Of a stretch of DNA of 64,000 nt, positions 1-10,273 are shown piece by piece (the stretch's first letter is position 1; the number at the start of each line of letters is the position of its first letter). Made by a program: the position numbers and the translations under genes. A model generated the notes under the pieces. It made no database searches and was not told where the DNA came from. It saw nothing but the letters and a program-made list of their open reading frames with translations. The DNA is from Laspinema palackyanum D2a (GTDB taxonomy: Bacteria > Cyanobacteriota > Cyanobacteriia > Cyanobacteriales > Laspinemataceae), in the NCBI RefSeq assembly GCF_025370845.1, contig NZ_JAMXFF010000042.1; one strand, given 5' to 3'.

Positions 1-196
1 AACAGGGGATCCGGAAACGACTGAAGTCGTTACTACGAACAGGGGATCCGGAAACGACTGAAGTCGTTACTACGAACAGGGGATCCGGAAACGACTGAAG
101 TCGTTACTACGAACCGGGGATCCGGAAACGACTGAAGTCGTCACTACGAACCGGGGATCCGGAAACGACTGAAGTCGTTACTACGAACCGGGGAGA
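1..196. repeat. Tandem array of a 37-bp unit (aacaggggatccggaaacgactgaagtcgttactacg), about 5.3 identical copies with one C/A variant. The array runs off the 5' edge of the window. The unit contains a 9-bp-stem palindrome, GTAACGACT-ga-AGTCGTTAC.
   Basis: Period-37 repetition is directly visible with no intervening unique spacers. The core AACGACTGAAGTCG recurs at three other loci in the window. Confidence 0.9.
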
Positions 197-262
197 ATGG
201 TCTCTCCCCCAATCCGCCCCATCCTCCCCATCCCTCCATCCACATTTATCAAGTATTTAACA

Positions 263-1126
263 ATGACAACTCCTGACATTCAATGGTATCCCGGCCATAT
301 TTCTAAGGCGGAAAAACAACTGGCGGAACAATTGAAGCTGGTGGATGTGGTGTTGGAGGTCCGGGATGCGCGGATTCCTTTGTCTACCCATCATCCCCAG
401 GTGCCGCAGTGGGTGGGGAGTAAAAGCCGAGTTTTGATTATTAATCGAGTGGATACGATTCTGCCACCCCTGCGCGATCGCTGGCATCTGTGGTTTCAAC
501 GTCAGGGAGAAACGCCTTATTTTACCAATGCTCAAGATGGGACGGGGATCAAGGCGATCTCTAAGGCGGCGAAGGAGGCGGGGATTGCTCTAAATCAACG
601 TCGTCTCGATCGCGGGATGCGCCCTCGCGCTGTGCGGGCGGTGGTGATTGGGTTTCCTAATGTGGGCAAATCGGCGTTGATTAATCGCTTAGTCGGGCGT
701 CGTGTGGTGGAAAGCGCCCGACGTGCGGGGGTGACTAAGCAACTGCGTTGGGTGCGGATTTCTGATGAACTGGAACTGTTGGATGCCCCTGGGGTGATTC
801 CCAGTAAGTTAGAGGACCAAGATGCTGCTTTAAAATTAGCCATTTGTGATGATATTGGCGAGGCAGCTTATGACAATCAACGGGTGGCATCGGCATTTGT
901 GGATATGGTGAAAGAGATTGAGGCAATGGGGACCGCATGGATGCCACCGGAGGCGTTGCGATCGCGCTATAAACTTGACCCTCTCCCCATGACGGGGGAA
1001 GATTATCTCCATAATTTTGCTGAATCCCGATATGAAGGCGATGTGGAACGGGCGGCAAGGCAAATTCTCAATGATTTTCGCAAGGGATTGTTAGGTCAAA
1101 TTCCCCTAGAATTGCCTCCGGAATAA
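263..1126 (+). CDS. rbgA: Ribosome biogenesis GTPase A (YlqF/RbgA family, circularly permuted GTPase)
   Basis: The translation shows the permuted G-motif order typical of YlqF: DVVLEVRDARIPLS (G4-like), then LIINRVD, then GFPNVGKSALINRL (P-loop). Start is placed at the internal ATG at 263 (MTTPDIQWYPGHI...), since the upstream part of the ORF overlaps the repeat array. Confidence 0.8.
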   Translation: MTTPDIQWYPGHISKAEKQLAEQLKLVDVVLEVRDARIPLSTHHPQVPQWVGSKSRVLIINRVDTILPPLRDRWHLWFQRQGETPYFTNAQDGTGIKAISKAAKEAGIALNQRRLDRGMRPRAVRAVVIGFPNVGKSALINRLVGRRVVESARRAGVTKQLRWVRISDELELLDAPGVIPSKLEDQDAALKLAICDDIGEAAYDNQRVASAFVDMVKEIEAMGTAWMPPEALRSRYKLDPLPMTGEDYLHNFAESRYEGDVERAARQILNDFRKGLLGQIPLELPPE

Positions 1127-1153
1127 CGGGAAGAGGGCGATCGCCTATTCAAG

Positions 1154-2059
1154 TTACCCTAGGGCTAGAATCTCTGGCGGTACTGGGGTGATTGCCCTTC
1201 GCAGTTCGCTGTCGGTGGCATTGAGCACAACCGCTAACACTCTCCCTGTGGACTCTTGTTGAATTAATGTCCCTTCTATCTGTCCATCATCATTCGGGTC
1301 CAGTTGACCTGGGGACAATTCACTTAACACCAAAACATCATCGGTGGTATAGGTTTGCAAAATATCAAGTTCGGCTGGTAAATCCCGAGTAAAGGGTTGA
1401 AATACCAAATCATTGGCTGTTACGCCTTCGGTGAGTCCAATGCGATCGCTATTAAAATCCAAAATAATATCCGCTTGTTCGGGATTGGTGGAGGCGGCAT
1501 CGGTGCGAAGGACAAATAAATCCGTACCACTTCCCCCCACCAGGCGATCGAGTCCGAAATCACCGATGAGGGTATCATTTCCTTCCCCACCTATCAGCAA
1601 ATCGTTGTCTTGACCCCCTCGCACGACATCGTTTCCTCGACCTCCGAGGACTAAATCATCCCCGCGATTGCCATTGAGAATATCATCCCCTTCTTCTCCA
1701 TAAACGGCATCATTATCCTGTCCACCGCGCAAGGTATCATTACCCCCTCGGCCAAATAAGAGATCGATGCCCAAATTGCCGTTGATCAGTTCATTTGATG
1801 TGGCACCGATGACCGTATCATCCCCGGCTAAAGCTCTGACTCCCCCTGGGCGTTCAGCGAGTTGTCCCGGACTCAGCCTAAAATCATCGGGACGCAGGGC
1901 GTCATCTTGGAGATCCAGAAAGTCCGCAGGGTTTAAGGCTTCACCCGGGGGAGCTCCTGGTGCTGTCGGTCCCGGAACCGCCCCAGGGTCGGGTTCTTCT
2001 GGGATCAGTGTACTCACGCAACCACAGGCTAAATCTCCGGGTAACATTCCAGGTATCAT
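1154..2059 (-). CDS. Hemolysin-type (RTX) calcium-binding repeat protein, probably secreted
   Basis: Many consecutive GGxGxDxL/I nonapeptide repeats, e.g. GNDTLRGGQDNDAVYGEEGDDILNGNRGDDLVLGGRGNDVVRGGQDNDLLIGGEGNDTLIG. Confidence 0.6.
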   Translation of the reverse strand: MIPGMLPGDLACGCVSTLIPEEPDPGAVPGPTAPGAPPGEALNPADFLDLQDDALRPDDFRLSPGQLAERPGGVRALAGDDTVIGATSNELINGNLGIDLLFGRGGNDTLRGGQDNDAVYGEEGDDILNGNRGDDLVLGGRGNDVVRGGQDNDLLIGGEGNDTLIGDFGLDRLVGGSGTDLFVLRTDAASTNPEQADIILDFNSDRIGLTEGVTANDLVFQPFTRDLPAELDILQTYTTDDVLVLSELSPGQLDPNDDGQIEGTLIQQESTGRVLAVVLNATDSELRRAITPVPPEILALG

Positions 2060-2190
2060 CTGTTTTCCTCGCTGTTGAAACTCACGTTATTGATTCTTTT
2101 TATTGTATGGCCTCATCCCCACTCCTCAACCCCACGGATGAACCGGAAGAACCGCAGGACAATAGGTTCCACGGAATTTGAGTGTTCCTC

Positions 2191-3405
2191 TCAGATTTTA
2201 AATCCCATGTCTTTTAAACTTTGGCGCAAGGCTGGACCTGCCGGGGATTTCCGTTGTTCATAGAGGGAAACAGCCCGTCGAAAGGCTTCTAATCCATCTA
2301 AAATATTTCCCCCTTTGAGTAAGGCAACGCCAAGATTTTGGTACGCTTCGGCATAGTTGGGATTGAGTTGAATGGCTTTGTAATAGGCGGCGATCGCCAG
2401 GGGAATTTGCTTTTTCTCTTTCAAGGCAATTCCCAGGTTAAAATAGGCGGAACTCAGGGAGGGGTCGATTTGTAGGACTTTTTGATAGGTGGCGATCGCC
2501 CCGGTGAGATTTCCGGTTTCGAGGAGGAGGTTCCCCAAGTTATTATACGCCCCCAATTTGATGGGTTCTAAAATCGGCAGGGCAACCGCTTTTTCATACT
2601 GCGCTTTCGCTTTGCTCAGTTTCTGCTTGCGCGTATAGGCTATCCCCAAATGATAATGCAGTTCATACACAACCAGGGGTTCTAACCTTGTACTCGCGGC
2701 TAATCCGAGTTTTAATAACTGCATCCCCCGTTGAATCTCTCCGGTTTGCACATACAAGGCCCCGAGTTTGCTGCAAGTATAAGCATCGTTCGGATGGGCG
2801 GCGAGATAGGATTCCATTGATTCTCGGGCCCGGGTCAATTTATCTCGGGAGGCGATCGCTTCTGCTTGATACCCTTCATGTAAAATTGCCACCTCCATCA
2901 ACGAACCCACCTGCCATTGATTGGATTGCTGCTGTAACATCCGTTGCACACTATCATCAATCATGGCATGATAGGGCCGCTCAAACTGAATCCCCGGTTG
3001 ATTTCTAAACAAGCGTGAAACCAGGGAATAAGGGGATTGTTGCGCCCCCACTTCTTGGCGAATTAAGTTCATTAACAGATAAGGTTTCGGCGGGGAATTG
3101 CCACCTCCATTAATCAATTCTTTGATTTGGGGGACAACTTCCGGGGTTAACACTTCATCGGCATCTAATACGAGAATCCAGTCCCCGTGAGCATATTTAA
3201 GGGATTCATTTCTTGCTGCAGCAAAATCATTGCACCAGTCGAAGTGATGAACATCAGCCCCAAACTCTTGGGCGATTTCTACGGTGCGATCGGTGGATCC
3301 GGTATCAAGAACCACCATTTCATCTACCAGATCCTTGATGCTGGCAAGACATTTGGGAAGGGTAGCTTCTTCGTTTTTGACAATGGTGCAAAGACTCAGC
3401 TTCAT
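2191..3405 (-). CDS. Family 2 glycosyltransferase fused to a C-terminal TPR-repeat domain
   Basis: N-terminus CTIVKNEEATLPKCLASI...VVLDTGSTDRT...LVLDADEVL is GT2-like with a DxD motif. The C-terminal half has repeated AYYxLGxxY / AxxxYxKAL TPR-like heptads. Confidence 0.75.
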   Translation of the reverse strand: MKLSLCTIVKNEEATLPKCLASIKDLVDEMVVLDTGSTDRTVEIAQEFGADVHHFDWCNDFAAARNESLKYAHGDWILVLDADEVLTPEVVPQIKELINGGGNSPPKPYLLMNLIRQEVGAQQSPYSLVSRLFRNQPGIQFERPYHAMIDDSVQRMLQQQSNQWQVGSLMEVAILHEGYQAEAIASRDKLTRARESMESYLAAHPNDAYTCSKLGALYVQTGEIQRGMQLLKLGLAASTRLEPLVVYELHYHLGIAYTRKQKLSKAKAQYEKAVALPILEPIKLGAYNNLGNLLLETGNLTGAIATYQKVLQIDPSLSSAYFNLGIALKEKKQIPLAIAAYYKAIQLNPNYAEAYQNLGVALLKGGNILDGLEAFRRAVSLYEQRKSPAGPALRQSLKDMGFKI

Positions 3406-3581
3406 CGGAAACCAGTTAACGGTAATGGGTCAGTTTTATTGTACTGGTAGAGACCCCGTAATGGTAGTCTGAGTTGAAGCCAGTGGCGATCGCGGCCTCC
3501 GCAGACCCCAGGCGGGAGTAGTCGTCTCAGGGAGGATCTATTGGTTTATACTGGAACAGCAGAGCATGAAGAGGTAAGAAT

Positions 3582-3878
3582 GTGGCCGAAATTATTCTCA
3601 AAACGGATAATCCAGACCGAGTGACGGACTTAATAAAACGGGCGATCGCTGCTGAAATAGATCGCATTGAAAAAAATCTGAAATTTACAAAAAAAAGACT
3701 TCAGGCGTTTGAAGATAAATATAATCAACCCTCCCATCAGTTGAAAAATAGACTGACGGCAGAAGATATGGATGGGGGAGATTTAGAATATTTAGAATGG
3801 GCGGGAGAATATAAACTATTTTTAGAGTTAGAGGAACAAATTAAAGTCCTCAAAAGCTTAGAATATGTCAATCCATAA
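3582..3878 (+). CDS. Hypothetical small coiled-coil protein (GTG start)
   Basis: 98-aa ORF with charged heptad-like sequence. No recognisable family. Confidence 0.3.
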   Translation: MAEIILKTDNPDRVTDLIKRAIAAEIDRIEKNLKFTKKRLQAFEDKYNQPSHQLKNRLTAEDMDGGDLEYLEWAGEYKLFLELEEQIKVLKSLEYVNP

Positions 3879-3979
3879 TGCCAGTTTTTACCTCAAACTC
3901 AGATTGAGTGACAGTCGCCCAGATGGAGGGCGATCGGCACTCTTGTCATACCGTGAGACTCTGTTAGGAGATTATCCTC

Positions 3980-4549
3980 ATGACTCTAACCCTATATCCT
4001 GATTTACCAATCCTGGAAAGCGATCGCCTTATTCTTAGAAAAATGACCCTAGAGGATGCACCGGATCTGTTTGAGTATGCCTCGGACCCTGAAGTCGCCC
4101 AATACACAACCTGGTACCCGCATCAATCCCTAGAAGACAGCCATATTTTTTTAAATTCTGTACTCGAAAACTATCAGACGCCTAAAGGTTTTAATTGGGG
4201 CATTATCCATAAAGACCATTCTAAATTAATCGGTACTTGTGGTCTCGTTGACTGGGTTCAATCTGATCATTACGCTGAAATCGGCTATGCCTTAGCTAGA
4301 CCCTACTGGGGTCAAGGATATATGCCCGAATCTGTAAAAGCTGTCGTCGCCTTTAGCTTTCAGGAAACTGACTTAAACCGGATTGAAGGGCGATGTAAAC
4401 TCCCTAACCACGCCTCCGCAAGGGTTATGGAAAAAGTCGGCATGAAATTTGAGGGAATCCTCCGCCAACAGATGTTTATTAAAGGCAGCTTTCATGATAT
4501 GAAACTCTATGCCATTTTGCGGGAAGATTGGGAAAAGTTATCCAAATAG
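3980..4549 (+). CDS. GNAT family N-acetyltransferase (RimJ/RimL-like)
   Basis: LILRKMTLEDAPDLFEYASDPEVAQYTTW...GYALARPYWGQGYMPESVKAVVAFSF matches the Acetyltransf_3 / RimL pattern. Confidence 0.8.
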   Translation: MTLTLYPDLPILESDRLILRKMTLEDAPDLFEYASDPEVAQYTTWYPHQSLEDSHIFLNSVLENYQTPKGFNWGIIHKDHSKLIGTCGLVDWVQSDHYAEIGYALARPYWGQGYMPESVKAVVAFSFQETDLNRIEGRCKLPNHASARVMEKVGMKFEGILRQQMFIKGSFHDMKLYAILREDWEKLSK

Positions 4550-4674
4550 AGGGTATCATTTCCGGGTAAAAAGGGAGTTTAGCTCTCTCATGGCGCAGCT
4601 AAACTCCCAACAAAATTGACTCAATCGTTGGGTTGTAATTTAGGAGATTGTCGCTACCTTCAGGGCCAATTTTT

Positions 4675-5280
4675 CTACATTTGAGGCGGTAGAATTACTT
4701 TATCAATCACATGAATCACGCCGTTACTTGCTTGGATATCGGCTTGAACCACGTTAGCACTATTGACCATAACGCCATCGTCAGCAACGGTGACATTGAT
4801 GGAACGTCCTTCAAAAAGGCTGGGAACTTCCGTCGTACTCAAATCCCCAGACATGACTGAACCCTGTACGACATGGTAGGTTAAAACTTGAACCAAAAGC
4901 TGGCGGTTTTCCGGCTGTAATAACTGCTCTAAAGTGCCTTCGGGTAAAGCGGCAAAAGCCTCATCGGTGGGTGCAAAAACGGTGAAGGGACCTTCACCGG
5001 AGAGGGTATCCGTTAAACCGGCAGCTTCTAAAGCGGTAGTGAGGGTGGAGAAGGATTCGCTACCCGCAGCAATGTCAGCAATTGTCTGTTGACTCGTTTC
5101 CATTGTGCTCGCGGGGGTTTGAGTCACAGATTCAGCGATCGCCTCATTAGAATCGGTCATGTTATCTGCTGCGATGCTCACCCCTGCCACCACAGGCAAT
5201 CCCATCATTAAACTCGTTCCTGCAACACCCAAAAAGATAGCAACCTTTTTGTTGAAACCGTTCCAAATTTTAGAGTTCAT
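4675..5280 (-). CDS. Fasciclin (FAS1) domain protein with N-terminal signal peptide
   Basis: Signal-like N-terminus (MNSKIWNGFNKKVAIFLGVAGTSLMMGLPVVAGVSIA), then TVFAPTDEAFAALPEGTLEQLL...VLTYHVV...NGVIHVIDKVILP, which are FAS1 hallmarks. Confidence 0.8.
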   Translation of the reverse strand: MNSKIWNGFNKKVAIFLGVAGTSLMMGLPVVAGVSIAADNMTDSNEAIAESVTQTPASTMETSQQTIADIAAGSESFSTLTTALEAAGLTDTLSGEGPFTVFAPTDEAFAALPEGTLEQLLQPENRQLLVQVLTYHVVQGSVMSGDLSTTEVPSLFEGRSINVTVADDGVMVNSANVVQADIQASNGVIHVIDKVILPPQM

Positions 5281-6320
5281 CAGGTTTTCCTTAATATGTG
5301 AAGAATCGAAATTTTCGATGTATGAAGTAATGTTACACGATGGTTTCGGATTTGCCCACTCTATCGAAAAAATTTGTCAAAATTCCTGAAATAGCGGGGC
5401 CTAGCCCCGATCCATGAGGGTTTGCTCTGGGGGATTGATGGGGTTGGGATTGCCCGGATGAAGGGGGCGATCGGTCAAACTATCCTCACCCTAAAAACCT
5501 CTCTAATCTTTGTACCCCAATAATTTTATGGATAAGCCTGGAAAGATTTGCTCGGGAGTCCCTCCCCAAAAAGTGGGGGATGGAAAACCCCCTTTTTTCA
5601 AGGTTGAGTTTATGAACTGAGAGGGGATGAGTCTTACTTAAATGTGAAAATACCGTGACCCTTGAGGGATTAATTTAGCCGTCAAAGCCAGTCTCTCTGG
5701 ATTTTTTTAGCGTTAAATTAAGGGAAACTAGCATTTTTTCACTTAAGTTCTTTTTTAAGTAAACATAAGAACTAATCAAATATCTATCCTAGGATAGAGA
5801 GAAAACCGATCAAAATACTCTCTTTAATTCGGAGGATGTTTAGCGATCGCATCGCCTAGACTGACTGCCTTTGATTCCGAGTCATATCAGGGGCGATCGC
5901 TTGCTGCCTCACTGAAAATCCCGAAGCTCACCTGCATCCCAAAGGACAAGTCAAAATGGGCGAGTTATTGTCTTTAGCCGCAAGTAGTGGGGTGCAGTGG
6001 TTGTATAAACTCATAGCGATCATGTTTTAAATGGGATTCGTCTTACGGTTCATGGCGGAAAACTAGCCCCCCAAGATGTGCAATTTCTGGACTCGAACTA
6101 AACAAGGGGTGACCGAGGTAATTTCTCCCCATATCGATCGCACTGGAAGAATTGACCAATGGCCCGATGGCTTCTTTAATGAATGGGAGAACAGTTTATA
6201 TGCCTTGTTAGAACTAGCCGGAGAATAAGATATGATGGAGGCTATGCTGCCGATCGCGAGTTTAGCGGTTGTATGTTCAATGTTAATCTCTCAACCTGAT
6301 TTCCTATTCCTGAGACTCCC

Positions 6321-6635
6321 ATGAATCAACAAGAATTGCTCGATCGCCTCAAACAAACAGTCCACGAAGTCGAACCGGAAGCCGAAATCATCTTATTTGG
6401 TTCCCGTGCCCGTGGGGATGCCGCATCAGACTCGGATTGGGATTTTCTGATTCTTCTGAATGGTGAGGTTGACCCCGATCGCTCCTTAGCAGTCCGCGAT
6501 CGCTTATATCATCTGGAATGGGACTGTGGCAAAGTCCTCACCTCCATTGTCCGCAGTCGTCAAGACTGGCAAACTCCACTTTACCAGTCCACCAGATTAT
6601 ATCAATCAATTCAAGAACATGGCATCCTCCTATAA
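6321..6635 (+). CDS. Nucleotidyltransferase-domain protein (MNT-type, minimal Pol-beta fold; often the antitoxin of HepT/MNT pairs)
   Basis: ILFGSRARGDAASDSDWDFLILL matches the GSxxxG...DxD nucleotidyltransferase motif in a 104-aa protein. No HEPN partner was found adjacent. Confidence 0.6.
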   Translation: MNQQELLDRLKQTVHEVEPEAEIILFGSRARGDAASDSDWDFLILLNGEVDPDRSLAVRDRLYHLEWDCGKVLTSIVRSRQDWQTPLYQSTRLYQSIQEHGILL

Positions 6636-6654
6636 ACCCGATATCGCCTCCCCA

Positions 6655-6684
6655 AGAAAAAAGCCCGCACAGGCGGGCTTTATG
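6655..6684. terminator. Bidirectional rho-independent terminator between the nucleotidyltransferase gene (+) and adhE (-)
   Basis: aaaaaaGCCCGCacagGCGGGCtttat: a 6-bp GC stem with a 4-nt loop, flanked by an A-run on one side and a T-run on the other. Confidence 0.5.
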
Positions 6685-6703
6685 CTTGTACATTAGCTGG
6701 ACA

Positions 6704-9406
6704 TTACGAGTTACTTTCCACCATCAGCGGCTGGATGATAGAAGTTACAGCATCAGCGCCATTTCCTTGTAACACCTCTTCCTGAGATTCTTGATGATAC
6801 AAAGCCGAATCGATGCGGCAACCCCGGTAAGCTAGGACATACAACTCTTTAAGGTCGCGAATCAGGGGATAGCGGGGATTGGCACCTGTACATTGGTCGT
6901 CAAATGCCTGATCCGCCATTTCTTCCACTTCTTCGTAGAAGGCTTTGTCATCCCCAGAGAGGGCTTCTTTCAGGGTTAGAGGAATGTCTAACTCTTTCTT
7001 GAGGTTCTCGATCGCCTCTACCAATTTCTCGATTTTCTCTTGTTCAGTATCCCCACCGAGTCCGAGATAGTCGGCAATCCGCGCATACCGCCATTTGGCA
7101 TTGGGATACTTGTATTGCGGGAAAATCGCTTGTTTAAATGGCGTGTCCGTGGCATTATACCGGATGACGTGAGAAATCATCAAGGCATTGGCTAACCCGT
7201 GGGGGACATGGAAGGTCGAACCCAGTTTGTGCGCCATTGAGTGACAGACCCCGAGGAAGGCGTTGGCAAATGCCATCCCGGCGATCGTCGCGGCATAATG
7301 CACTTTCTCCCGCGCTTTCGGGTCTTTGGCCCCGTTTTTGTAAGACGAAGGCAGATACTTAAACAGCAGGCGAATCGCTTCTAAGGCCAATCCGTTAGTA
7401 AACTCAGAAGCACAGACGGAAACGTAGGCTTCTAAGGCATGGGTTAGGGCGTCGATGCCACCATAAGCGGTGAGTTTCTTGGGCATATTCAGCACCAATT
7501 CCGGATCGACGATCGCCATGTTCGGAGTGAGGGCGTAATCCGCCAGGGGATACTTGATCCCCGTGCGATCGTCCGTGACGACGGCGAAGGGGGTGACTTC
7601 TGAACCCGTTCCCGAGGTGGTGGGAATGGCAACCATGATCGCTTTGACACCTAATGGCGGGAGTTCGTACACCCGTTTGCGGATGTCCATAAACCGGGTG
7701 GCGAGTCCTTCAAATTCAATTTCCGGATGTTCATACATCAACCACATGACTTTCGCCGCATCCATCGGGGAACCTCCCCCAAGGGCGATAATCACGTCGG
7801 GTTTGAAGGAGTTCATCCGCGCGAGTCCCTTATTGACCGTAGTCAGGGAGGGATCGGGTTCTACGTCGAAGAAGATGTCATATTTGACGCCAATTTCTTC
7901 GAGGACTTCTTCCACGGACTTGGTGAGACCCATGTCGTACAACGGTTTATCGGTGACGATAAAGGCGCGTTGTTTTCCGGCGAGTTCCCGCAGGGCGATC
8001 GGGAGAGAACCATATTTAAAGTACACTTTGGGCGGAATCCGGAACCAAAGCATATTTTCCCGGCGTTCCGAGATGGTTTTGATGTTGAGCAGATGTTGGG
8101 GACCCACGTTTTCGCTGATGGAGTTGCCTCCCCAGGTGCCGCAACCGAGGGTGAGGGAGGGGTCGAGGCGGAAGTTATACAGGTCGCCGATCGCCCCTTG
8201 AGACGAGGGGGTATTAATCAGCACCCGCGCCGTTTGCATTTGCCCTTCAAATTCGTGGATATTCTGGGTATTTGCCGGAGAGGTATAGAGTACAGCAGTA
8301 TGTCCCCGTCCGCCAAACTGCACTAAGTCATGAGCTTTGTGGACGGCATCATGAAAATCTGTCGCCCGATACATGGCTAAGATAGCCGACAGTTTCTCGT
8401 ATGCAAAGGGTTCAGCTTCGGAAATCTCTTCCACTTCGCCAATCAGCACCCGTGTCTCTTCGGGAACGGAAATTCCAGCAATTTCAGCCAGTTTTTGAAT
8501 GGATTGTCCGACAATATCCGGATTTAAGCGTCCGTTGACAATGATTTTGCTGCCGAGTTTTTGCCGTTCTTCCGGATTCAGGAAATATGCACCGCGATCG
8601 CTAAATTCCTGTTTGACCTCCTCATACACCTCATCCACCACAATCACCGATTGTTCTGAGGCGCAAATCATCCCATTGTCAAAGGTTTTGCTCAGAATAA
8701 TTGAGGAAACAGCCATTTTAATATGGGCCGTTTCATCAATCACCGCCGGAGTATTTCCCGCACCTACCCCTAGGGATGGATGTCCGGAAGAATAGGCCGC
8801 TTTGACCATACCCGGCCCGCCAGTTGCCAGGATTAATTTAATCTCCGGATGCTGCATCAACTGCTGAGATAACGGCACCGTTGGCTCGTCAATCCAGCCG
8901 ATCAGATCTTCCGGTGCTCCGGCAGCTACGGCAGCTTCCAGGATGATTTTTGCCGCATCTCGGGTGCATTCTTTCGCCCGGGGGTGGGGAGAGAAAATAA
9001 TCCCGTTCCGGGTTTTCAGGGCAAGCAGGGCTTTAAAAATAGCCGTGGAAGTGGGGTTGGTTGTGGGGACGATCCCCGCGAGAATGCCCACGGGTTCGGC
9101 GATTTTTTGGAAGCCAAAGGATTTGTCTTCTTCGATAATGCCGCAGGTCTTTTCGTGCTTATATTTGTTGTAGATAATTTCTGAGGCAAAGTGGTTTTTG
9201 ATCACCTTGTCTTCCACGACTCCCATGCCGGTTTCTGCTACGGCTTTCTTAGCCAGGGGAATTCGGGCTGAGTTGGCGGCTAGGGCTGCTTTCTTGAAAA
9301 TTTCATCCACCTGTTGCTGACTGTAGGTGGCATATTTTTCTTGGGCCGCCTTGACGCGCTGAATCAGTTCTTCGAGTTCTTGAGTGTTGGTGACTTTGCT
9401 GTTCAT
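6704..9406 (-). CDS. adhE: Bifunctional acetaldehyde-CoA / alcohol dehydrogenase AdhE
   Basis: The 900-aa protein has an N-terminal ALDH domain (MNSKVTNTQELEELIQRVKAAQEKYATYSQQQVDEIF...) and a C-terminal iron-type ADH domain (GGGSPMDAAK...). Both have AdhE-typical length and order. Confidence 0.9.
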   Translation of the reverse strand: MNSKVTNTQELEELIQRVKAAQEKYATYSQQQVDEIFKKAALAANSARIPLAKKAVAETGMGVVEDKVIKNHFASEIIYNKYKHEKTCGIIEEDKSFGFQKIAEPVGILAGIVPTTNPTSTAIFKALLALKTRNGIIFSPHPRAKECTRDAAKIILEAAVAAGAPEDLIGWIDEPTVPLSQQLMQHPEIKLILATGGPGMVKAAYSSGHPSLGVGAGNTPAVIDETAHIKMAVSSIILSKTFDNGMICASEQSVIVVDEVYEEVKQEFSDRGAYFLNPEERQKLGSKIIVNGRLNPDIVGQSIQKLAEIAGISVPEETRVLIGEVEEISEAEPFAYEKLSAILAMYRATDFHDAVHKAHDLVQFGGRGHTAVLYTSPANTQNIHEFEGQMQTARVLINTPSSQGAIGDLYNFRLDPSLTLGCGTWGGNSISENVGPQHLLNIKTISERRENMLWFRIPPKVYFKYGSLPIALRELAGKQRAFIVTDKPLYDMGLTKSVEEVLEEIGVKYDIFFDVEPDPSLTTVNKGLARMNSFKPDVIIALGGGSPMDAAKVMWLMYEHPEIEFEGLATRFMDIRKRVYELPPLGVKAIMVAIPTTSGTGSEVTPFAVVTDDRTGIKYPLADYALTPNMAIVDPELVLNMPKKLTAYGGIDALTHALEAYVSVCASEFTNGLALEAIRLLFKYLPSSYKNGAKDPKAREKVHYAATIAGMAFANAFLGVCHSMAHKLGSTFHVPHGLANALMISHVIRYNATDTPFKQAIFPQYKYPNAKWRYARIADYLGLGGDTEQEKIEKLVEAIENLKKELDIPLTLKEALSGDDKAFYEEVEEMADQAFDDQCTGANPRYPLIRDLKELYVLAYRGCRIDSALYHQESQEEVLQGNGADAVTSIIQPLMVESNS

Positions 9407-10273
9407 GTTAATTCTTTTCCTATCTCTCTAGTACCACAACATTAACATTTAGATAGGCTCGTTATGGATAGAATCGCCGGTTTTTGATGAGTGGTCTGGG
9501 ATAACGATTCCTGCTCGGGTTTGAGCGGGTCACTTGTAATCTAGGCTACCCATCTTTACCGTTGGACCGGGAGTGATTCATGGCTGAGATCATGCGTTTG
9601 GTGCTGATCAGGGGGTGGGATTTCAGGATCTTACCTCTTTTCGCCATTTCTACCCCGTTCGTTGAACTTCTATAGCTCTATCATAAACAACTTTTTGGAT
9701 TTTAGGACAGCAGGGGTTAAAATATTTTTTGAAGGGTTTTTATCTGGGGAATCTCTCTATTATAACACTTTTTTCTGCCTTGGCCGAGGCGTAAATCTTA
9801 AATTTTTCTACATTTTTTGAAAATCACCGGCTCGATGCCAGTGACTCCGGAACACAGCGTTGAACCCATGCAGAAGCTCAGGCTAGGATCTAAGCGGAAG
9901 ATTATCTGGGGACATCGCCCAGGATTTTATTATATTTTAAGCTTTCTCTTGAGCTTGTGGATGCGGTTGATGCTATGGATAATGAGTGGGAAACTGCCTC
10001 CGGTTGCCGAATCCTTTGTCACCAGAGTCTCGGATGGTTCTGCGGCGATCGCCACCCCCGTTGCTACAGCAGAAAAATTGGGTCCTCCTCAATCTGTAAT
10101 GCCGGTTTTCTCCTGTTGTATATAAATTCCCCAGTGTCCCAAACGAGCAAAATGATCGCACGCCTAATCGCACCTGTATTCCCTGAGTTGGGGAAGCGCT
10201 ATATCCCAATTTTAATACATCAGCAGCTTACTCAATCGCTACATTCAGCCCAAAAAACAGAGTTTGGTCTCCC

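Noticed and set aside
1-196. CRISPR array (regular 37-bp direct repeats with a palindromic core)
   Set aside because: Units abut each other with no unique spacers. The same holds for the arrays at 29281-29440. No cas genes are nearby. This is a tandem satellite, not a CRISPR.
7554-8326. ORFs 7554..8201 and 7727..8326 on the + strand
   Set aside because: They lie entirely antisense within the strongly supported adhE gene and have no recognisable motifs.
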